IMG/VR virus record: IMGVR_UViG_3300032321_001419 | Span: 2,327-66,326 of that record | DNA length: 64,000 nt | Origin: a virus | Taxonomy: Duplodnaviria > Caudoviricetes | Strand: one strand, 5' to 3' | Shown: piece by piece, positions 59,001 through 64,000 of the stretch | How the letters are laid out: each line of letters starts with the position of its first letter | Numbering within the stretch: position 1 is the stretch's first letter | The notes under the pieces: generated by a model | Databases searched by the model: none | The model's input: the letters and a program-made list of their open reading frames with translations, nothing else | Told to the model about the DNA's origin: nothing | Made by a program: the position numbers and the translations under genes

Positions 59001-59451
59001 CTGATGTAGATTCATTTCTTAGAGTTAATGCTGTTGGAGGTATTTCAGTAAAGGTATCAGGAATTGAAATCGTTGCAGAACCAGTAAATATTGAATTACC
59101 GACTACAGTTAAATTAGTAGAAGCTGATGAAGAAATTAGTAAAGATCCTGTTATTGTTTGGTTTCCATTAAAATTATTTGAACCCGTAGTTGCAAATGAA
59201 CTAGTTTTACTGTTTAAACTAGAGGTATATGTGTTTATACTAGAAGTATAAGCATTAAATGATGATGTTGTTGTAAACGATGATGTTTGTGAATTTAAAA
59301 CAAATGCTGTTGAATTTAATCCGTCTAATAAATCTGCATTAGAAGCATATGAAGAGGTACCTAACAGAGAACCTGTGATACCATTAATTACGTTTAACGA
59401 ATTTAAATTTGCATCCGATCCGGATACAATGACTTTTTTCCAACTTGGCAT
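56029..59451 (-). CDS. Long tail fibre with C-terminal peptidase S74 intramolecular chaperone
   Basis: TGS-rich beta repeats and an internal duplication; C-terminal SDIRFKENI...GYTFDW...GIIAQEIE..LPE.V...YKAVKYEKIVPLLIQAIKE. Confidence 0.85.
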   Translation of the reverse strand: MPSWKKVIVSGSDANLNSLNVINGITGSLLGTSSYASNADLLDGLNSTAFVLNSQTSSFTTTSSFNAYTSSINTYTSSLNSKTSSFATTGSNNFNGNQTITGSLLISSSASTNLTVVGNSIFTGSATISIPDTFTEIPPTALTLRNESTSVGSKVPGTSIEFWSYNTDENQPSGIYKSSYIINNPYYNQGLTFGNFPGTFKFNSYNSLGYQYTGSVVTGSNPAPIGSTVFEINNSQVSSSVAILAPSFTGNLTGTASYASNALSASYARSASLATTADVATTIAVVNNTGDATRYLVWAATGAGNRTPNITTQRFIVNSATGSMGINKSTIASGYILDVGGNALISGSLTVFSGSVIDFQVTDAGTKIGNAPSDNHTVTGSLLLSGSLTSTGTITAQTLVVQTVSSSVIYSSGSNRFGNDLANTQVLTGSVIITGSLSVNGSNAVLTNQTSSFVLNSQTSSFVQNSQTSSFATFTALNAYTSSINTYTSSLNSATGAFATFTALNAYTSSINTYTSSLNAKTSSFATTGSNNFIGTENITGSLNVSGSTTFTGTSGTTLLSTNADTLIFTGSLYTSGAASLSGSISISGSLSVNGSNVILTNQTGAFVLNSQTSSMSVLSASFAATASFALNTQNIDTGSLLLTSSFNAYTSSINSYTSSLNTATSSFVLNSQTSSFVQNSQTGAFATFTALNAYTSSLNNFSASILSYTASQNNLNGTYATTSSLNAYTSSINTYTSSLNSVTSSFVKNSQTSSMSVLSASYAATASLADTASFINVSGNALDALRYPLFVATGVGVRTANISTNRIVANGATGSLGLGKGSITSGYYLDVAGSVLISGSLVVTGSTVISSSLTVFSGSAIDFQVTDTGTKIGNQPSDNHSVTGSLFLSGSLTSTGTLTAQTLIVQTITSSVIYSSGSNVFGNSLANTQVFTGSVNITGSLNVYNGEIFAGRIDNTNEGGQVSFARALDGVNGWYIDVYGNTSTPSLRFIDVSTAAVRMTISGSGGITMGQSLAVGSINPSATVGRIDASNDVVAFSTSDIRFKENITPIPNALDKLDKIGGYTFDWKTEEKLVSLHGFKGHDVGIIAQEIESILPEVVTTRDNGYKAVKYEKIVPLLIQAIKEQQEQIKELQDIIKNK

Positions 59452-59468
59452 ACTATTTTAAATTTAAT

Positions 59469-59530
59469 ATTGTGGTTAGATACATACACTTATGCCGTGT
59501 ATATGCCTACTTCCTTTTCAGGCCTACAAT
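59469..59530 (-). ncRNA. Candidate structured 5' leader (three-way junction) of the tail-fibre gene
   Basis: P1 AUUGU(A)GG/CCACAAU; P2 CCU-GAAA-AGG; P3 UAGG-C-AUAUACAC-GGCAUAA-GUGUAUGU-A-UCUA. GC-richer than the flanks and starts a few nt after the ATATTTAT motif. Confidence 0.5.
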
Positions 59531-59570
59531 GTACTTATATAAATATAATAAAAATTATAAATAATATAAA

Positions 59571-59744
59571 TTATTTTTTAGATGATTCTTTTTGAAATTT
59601 TTGAATTTGAAGAATTTCATTTTCTAATTTAGTTTGTAAATCGGCTACAAACTTTGCATCTTTACCTAAAATATTAACTAAATCTAATGCTTGACGTATA
59701 AAAGATATTTCTTTAGGTGTAATTTCTATTGAATAAACTTCCAT
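59571..59744 (-). CDS. Small helical protein, 57 aa; not in the track
   Basis: MEVYSIEITPKEISFIRQALDLVNILGKDAKFVADLQTKLE...; GTTATG start context. Confidence 0.6.
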   Translation of the reverse strand: MEVYSIEITPKEISFIRQALDLVNILGKDAKFVADLQTKLENEILQIQKFQKESSKK

Positions 59745-59749
59745 AACTA

Positions 59750-59935
59750 TTATTTATTTTGTTCTAAAAATTGATTTTGTAATTTTAAAGTAGCATTATA
59801 TACTGTTTCTAAATCTTCTCCTTTAAAAGAACTTTCTTTTATTAATAAAATTAAAAACTCCAATTCCTGAACATTTAATTGATTACTATGTTGAGGAACT
59901 GGAGGTTTATTTATTATTTTATCTATTAATCCCAT
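59750..59935 (-). CDS. Small hypothetical protein, 61 aa
   Basis: MGLIDKI...LNVQELEFLILLI...KLQNQF. Confidence 0.55.
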   Translation of the reverse strand: MGLIDKIINKPPVPQHSNQLNVQELEFLILLIKESSFKGEDLETVYNATLKLQNQFLEQNK

Positions 59936-59970
59936 TATAACTAAATTTTTTATAACTAATTATTTATTTC

Positions 59971-61380
59971 TTATGAATATATGAAAATATCTCCACCAGT
60001 TACTTTAATGTTACCTGGTTTTTGATAAGTTGCTATATCTGTACTACCATTATCTAAATCTAATACTATTGAAGCAAAAGCATCCGGTGCTGCTGTAGTA
60101 GCATTATAAGCTAATGAACTTGTATAACCCCATCTACCTAAGTTTGAATCATATAGTAAGGCTAAACCTTGTGCTGTAGATCCGGAGAAACCACTTTGAA
60201 TAATAATACCACCATCTGTAGGAGAGGTTGAACCTGATGCTAATAGTATGAATTTATCTTCTACTAATAAGTTGTCGGTATTAAGTGTAGTTGTAGTACC
60301 TTGTACTGTTAAATCACCTGTAATGATTTGATTACCAGTTACTGTTAATAAACTTCCGTCAAATGTTAAATTAGCTTCACCATTAATTGTACCAGCACCT
60401 GTTGCTGTTAATACACGATTATCTGTATTATTAGTAACATTATCTGCAATACTACTTACTCTTGAAGCAGTAGCTGCTTGTGATGCACTTGCTACAGACA
60501 TTGAAGCTGTCTGTGAGTTTAGTACGAATGAGCTTGTTTGTGAATTTAATACAAATGAACTAGTAGCACTGTTTAAACTACTTGTATAAGTGTTTATACT
60601 TGAAGTATAAGCGTTTAATGCTGTAAATGTTGCAAATGAACCTGTTTGTGAGTTAAGGGTGTATGAACTAGTAGCGTTAATTAAAGCATTAATAGAACTA
60701 TTTGCACTTGAGGTATAAGCATTAAATGAACTTGTTAAAGTAAATTGAGTAGAATCAAATCCATCTAATTTATCAGCGTTATTTGCATAAGAAGCTGTTG
60801 TTGCAAAAGATGCAGTACCATTAATATTTCTTACATTAAGTGTATAAGCTTGAGGTTCGTAACTAAAATCGCTTCCTGTTACAGCTAATTGTTGTGAGCC
60901 TGTTCCATCACCACTAAGCGCAGCAAATGTTATTGCATATTGACCAGCCCCAGGATTTTGAATTATATTTACTCTAGAAGCTGTTCCAGCATTAGAAGCT
61001 GATATAATACTATTAGCACCAAAAGGACCATATACATTTGAAGCAGTTATATATGAAGCAGTAGCGGCAGTAAAGGATCCTGTACCTTGGTAAGAGAATG
61101 TACCGGTAGCTATATCATATCCAACAACATTAGGTTGACTAAGGTTAGCTAATGTAGATGTTAAATTTCCAAGAAATGATCCACTAAATGAACCTGATGC
61201 TGATAAACCTGTTGCACCAGTTGTTGCTACTATGTTACCACTACCGTTAATTGTTCTTACGGTTAGATTTGAACTAGCGCCACCGCCAATTACTACACTA
61301 CCTGAGGTTAAATTATCTACTTGTAACGCTGCGAGATTGGCGGTACTACCTGAGACAATGACTTTTTTCCAAGATGCCAT
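59971..61380 (-). CDS. Tail-fibre-like virion protein
   Basis: N-terminus MASWKKVIVSGS nearly identical to the 1140-aa fibre; shares the FATFTALNAYTSSINTYTSSLN and SFVLNSQT repeats; C-terminal VEDKFILLASGS...DGGII. Confidence 0.75.
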   Translation of the reverse strand: MASWKKVIVSGSTANLAALQVDNLTSGSVVIGGGASSNLTVRTINGSGNIVATTGATGLSASGSFSGSFLGNLTSTLANLSQPNVVGYDIATGTFSYQGTGSFTAATASYITASNVYGPFGANSIISASNAGTASRVNIIQNPGAGQYAITFAALSGDGTGSQQLAVTGSDFSYEPQAYTLNVRNINGTASFATTASYANNADKLDGFDSTQFTLTSSFNAYTSSANSSINALINATSSYTLNSQTGSFATFTALNAYTSSINTYTSSLNSATSSFVLNSQTSSFVLNSQTASMSVASASQAATASRVSSIADNVTNNTDNRVLTATGAGTINGEANLTFDGSLLTVTGNQIITGDLTVQGTTTTLNTDNLLVEDKFILLASGSTSPTDGGIIIQSGFSGSTAQGLALLYDSNLGRWGYTSSLAYNATTAAPDAFASIVLDLDNGSTDIATYQKPGNIKVTGGDIFIYS

Positions 61381-61437
61381 ATTGTATTATTTTTTTAAAT
61401 TAAGTATCATAATTATGTTCATGTAATAAATATATAA

Positions 61438-62382
61438 CTATTCTAATCCTATATAAAGAGAAGAAGAAGTAAACCAAATACTCCCTGCTTGAGTTGTTCC
61501 TGTTGGTATAGTAGATTGTGTAGCAAATTGAACTACACTTTGACTTATTGTTAATACAGGTTGTTGAGTAGTAAAATTTTTAATTATAAATAAATCACTG
61601 CTTAAAGTAGTATTACTACTAGAAGATATATTGAAATATACATTACTACCTGATTTTATTAAAAATAAATTATTAGGACTTACATCAACACTAGCTGTAA
61701 TACTACCTGTTGATATTTGATTGGTTGCACCGCCACCATTTGCAGCAAATAATGCATAAGAAGCTGTTGTAGCAAATGAAGCACTTGTTGCTAAACTTGC
61801 AGTATAATTTGATAATGTTCTACCAACATATTGATATGCAGTAATATAAACAATTTGACCTGCTGTTGGTGCTACTGCTGATGAGCTAAATTCTAAAACA
61901 CCCGTTTTATAATCAAAAGCATAATTGTTAGTAGATTGTTGAGTACTATCAACTAATACTTTTACACCATATCCAGGAGGAGCATCCTCTGTATTAGCAT
62001 TTGCTAATGATGAAATTGAGTATTTTGGGGATAAAAAATTAGTTTGTTGATTTGCATCAATTAATTGAGCTCCTATACCTGATGATGAACCTGTTGGATC
62101 TAGAAAAAACCAAACTTCATTATTTAAATTTGATTTGGTCATCTTTTGACGATACCAATATTTCATTACATTTTGTCCACCAACAGAATATATTGAACCG
62201 CTTTGTGCACTACCACTAAATGGTAAACTTGAAGAGGGTATTAAAGCTTGATCAGTATAAACCTCATTAGCATTAATATCTAATACGGATGTAAATGCTT
62301 CCTGTGCGTCAGTAAAGGTATCATGTGTATACCTTCTACCTTGGAGAAACCTGGAGGATTTTTTGGTACTGTCTATTGCCAT
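61438..62382 (-). CDS. Virion structural protein (fibre/collar-like)
   Basis: Ser/Thr-rich; NNYAFDYKTGVLEF...YQYVG; ASFATTASYA repeats. Confidence 0.55.
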   Translation of the reverse strand: MAIDSTKKSSRFLQGRRYTHDTFTDAQEAFTSVLDINANEVYTDQALIPSSSLPFSGSAQSGSIYSVGGQNVMKYWYRQKMTKSNLNNEVWFFLDPTGSSSGIGAQLIDANQQTNFLSPKYSISSLANANTEDAPPGYGVKVLVDSTQQSTNNYAFDYKTGVLEFSSSAVAPTAGQIVYITAYQYVGRTLSNYTASLATSASFATTASYALFAANGGGATNQISTGSITASVDVSPNNLFLIKSGSNVYFNISSSSNTTLSSDLFIIKNFTTQQPVLTISQSVVQFATQSTIPTGTTQAGSIWFTSSSLYIGLE

Positions 62383-62393
62383 TTTTTATTCTA

Positions 62394-64000
62394 TTAACTA
62401 AATGCTACTGTTATTGCTGTTATAGGTGTTGGATCACCTTTATATCTTATTATTACATAAATGTCATTATATGTTGAATCTAAAATCATACCATCCGCGT
62501 TTCTAATAGGTATTGTATATGTTGTTGACGCTAAACTTCCACCAGAATTACCATATAATGCTATTTGACTACCAAATGGATTTTGTCCATCAGTATTAGC
62601 TGTTATATTTCCAACAAAGTTTGAAGTAGTTTTAGTTGGATCATAAAATCTTGCAGGTGTATATATTGTATTGTTAGATGATTCAAATAATATTAAAGCA
62701 GCAGCTACATTTGAACCTGATGTTTGCCAATCAGCTAATGTCACTCCAGCATTTAATGTCATTGAGGTTTTTGTGGTACTATCTGTAGTGAATTTTCTAA
62801 TATAATACTTATAATCACTTGTTGCTGATGGATTTGCTATCCAATATCCATAAGTTCCTCCTGGTTTAACTAAATATCCAGGTTTAACTTGTAAATCAGT
62901 AGCTCCTAAGGTATATAATCCATATGATGTTGTCCAAGCAGTTCCAGTGAATGATAAAATATTATCATTTAATACTATACGATTACTTTCACCAGTAAAT
63001 GGTTCGTTAGTAGTAGTACCTGAATCTGTACCTTGTGTTCTTGTGTAATAAGCTAAAGAACCACTTGATGCTGGTTGTCCAAATGTTCCTGCTGTATGAT
63101 AATTAAGTGTACTTGTAAAAGTAGTAGTAGAACCATTTTTATTAGCTCCTGCTATACTTACATTGAATGTTGTTGGAGTGTTTGTTGTTTGACCTATATT
63201 TGTAATGTTTGCTGAAGCAAAAGTATATAGAGCATTTAATTTAATAATATCAGTTTCAGCTGGTACTGTACTTGTGTTTCTTAATATTGTACCTGTTGAA
63301 TCATAAACAGCACCTGCTGTTTGAATTGTTCCTCCAGCAGTTGATACTGTTGTTACACCTGAAGTTTGTGTTATTCCTGTTCCACTTGTACTTAAAGTAG
63401 CAATACCTGCTTGAGCAGCATATAACGGATTAAATAAGTTAGTAAATGAACTTGAAATATTATAAGTTGAACCACTTAAATAAGGAGCACCAGATAGTGA
63501 ACGAGATACTGCTGTTAAGGCATTTGTAGTAGTACTACCTGTTGTTGGAGTTTGTGCTGCAACGTTTGTTGAAATAGTTGATAATGGTGCATAAAATATT
63601 TCTGCATTACTAGCTATTGGTGTAGTATAATTACTTGAACCACTTGCTATTTGAATAGATGCTGATATGTGATAATATCCACTAGAGCTTAATGCACTTG
63701 CACCATTATTAAATAATGATGGTGAAAATATAGCAGCATATTTTCCATCTTGGTATGCTGAAGGTATAACTGCAGGATTTGCTGTATTAATTTTTGCTAA
63801 ACTAACTCCACTTGTTGTACCAGCACCAGTTTGTGTGATAATATGATTTGAGCTTGATGTTGAAGTATCTGTTTTTGCACTATTATCTTTAAATCTAAAT
63901 GTAAATGAACCAGATACCTTAAATGATGTTGGAGTACCACTACTTAATAATCCTAATCCAAATAATTGAGCATCAGCGGATGATGATACTGTTGTATAAC
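62394..64000 (-). CDS. Large Ser/Thr/Gly-rich virion protein, partial (more than 530 aa, runs off the right edge)
   Basis: The frame of the track ORF 62394..62762 continues upstream (SDYKYYIRKFTTDSTTKTS-MTLN) and is the same open frame at 63998 (YTTVSSSADAQLFGLG). Confidence 0.7.
   Translation of the reverse strand, partial: YTTVSSSADAQLFGLGLLSSGTPTSFKVSGSFTFRFKDNSAKTDTSTSSSNHIITQTGAGTTSGVSLAKINTANPAVIPSAYQDGKYAAIFSPSLFNNGASALSSSGYYHISASIQIASGSSNYTTPIASNAEIFYAPLSTISTNVAAQTPTTGSTTTNALTAVSRSLSGAPYLSGSTYNISSSFTNLFNPLYAAQAGIATLSTSGTGITQTSGVTTVSTAGGTIQTAGAVYDSTGTILRNTSTVPAETDIIKLNALYTFASANITNIGQTTNTPTTFNVSIAGANKNGSTTTFTSTLNYHTAGTFGQPASSGSLAYYTRTQGTDSGTTTNEPFTGESNRIVLNDNILSFTGTAWTTSYGLYTLGATDLQVKPGYLVKPGGTYGYWIANPSATSDYKYYIRKFTTDSTTKTSMTLNAGVTLADWQTSGSNVAAALILFESSNNTIYTPARFYDPTKTTSNFVGNITANTDGQNPFGSQIALYGNSGGSLASTTYTIPIRNADGMILDSTYNDIYVIIRYKGDPTPITAITVAFS

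Larger units (their letters stand above)
7971..61433 (-). promoter_or_regulatory. Recurrent ATATTTAT motif (candidate late promoter), 14 intergenic copies
   Basis: Plus-strand ATAAATAT at 7971, 25523, 26292, 33642, 46097, 48711, 49763, 50363, 50437, 51460, 53306, 54334, 59539 and 61426, each upstream of a minus-strand start. Confidence 0.6.

Noticed and set aside
2625-61426. Short plus-strand ORFs in the track (e.g. 2625, 8176, 12182, 16508, 25604, 28526, 37184, 45404, 53863, 56282, 58523)
   Set aside because: All lie antisense within well-supported minus-strand genes and carry no recognisable motifs.
62394-62762. 122-aa protein as given in the track
   Set aside because: It is only the C-terminal part of a much longer ORF whose start lies beyond the right edge.
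1-64000. Stop-codon reassignment (code 15 or 4), tRNA genes, inteins/introns, homing endonucleases
   Set aside because: Genes are full length and end at TAG, TAA and TGA alike; no T-arm GTTCRA cloverleaf was seen; PolB, RNR and helicase have normal lengths.

Overview
This is a 64-kb slice of a large, AT-rich (about 30% GC by eye, not computed) dsDNA phage with a contractile tail and a T4-like replication set. It uses the standard genetic code, and essentially every real gene is on the minus strand. In transcription direction (right to left) the window holds: tail-fibre/virion genes, one with a mucin-like (TPSIxI)n tract; sheath, tube, tail chaperone, tape measure and baseplate genes; a PolA-like protein, SSB, RecA/UvsX, 5'-3' exonuclease, helicase, thioredoxin and class II RNR; a queD / TGT-fold / queC / folE deazaguanine cluster; iscU/iscA; a first glycosyltransferase island; PolB, clamp, hsp20-groES-groEL and clamp loader; a Cas4-like nuclease; and a second glycosyltransferase and nucleotide-sugar island. 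A Bacteroidota host is inferred from TTTG-N19/20-TAyATT promoters, the absence of obvious Shine-Dalgarno sites and a CKKEE lipoprotein. I saw no tRNA, rRNA, CRISPR array, intein or homing endonuclease. The strongest leads are: (1) a candidate phage-encoded mucin-type O-glycosylation system, with two GT60-like DSH enzymes plus about 8 other GTs and a Ser/Thr/Pro-repeat virion protein; (2) an H-type pseudoknot leader directly upstream of queC, next to a divergent TGT/DpdA-fold gene; (3) a candidate +1 frameshift joining the tail chaperone to the next ORF; (4) a three-way-junction RNA leader on the main tail-fibre gene; (5) a 12-bp inverted repeat bracketing hsp20. All family assignments come from recognising motifs by eye; no database searches were run.
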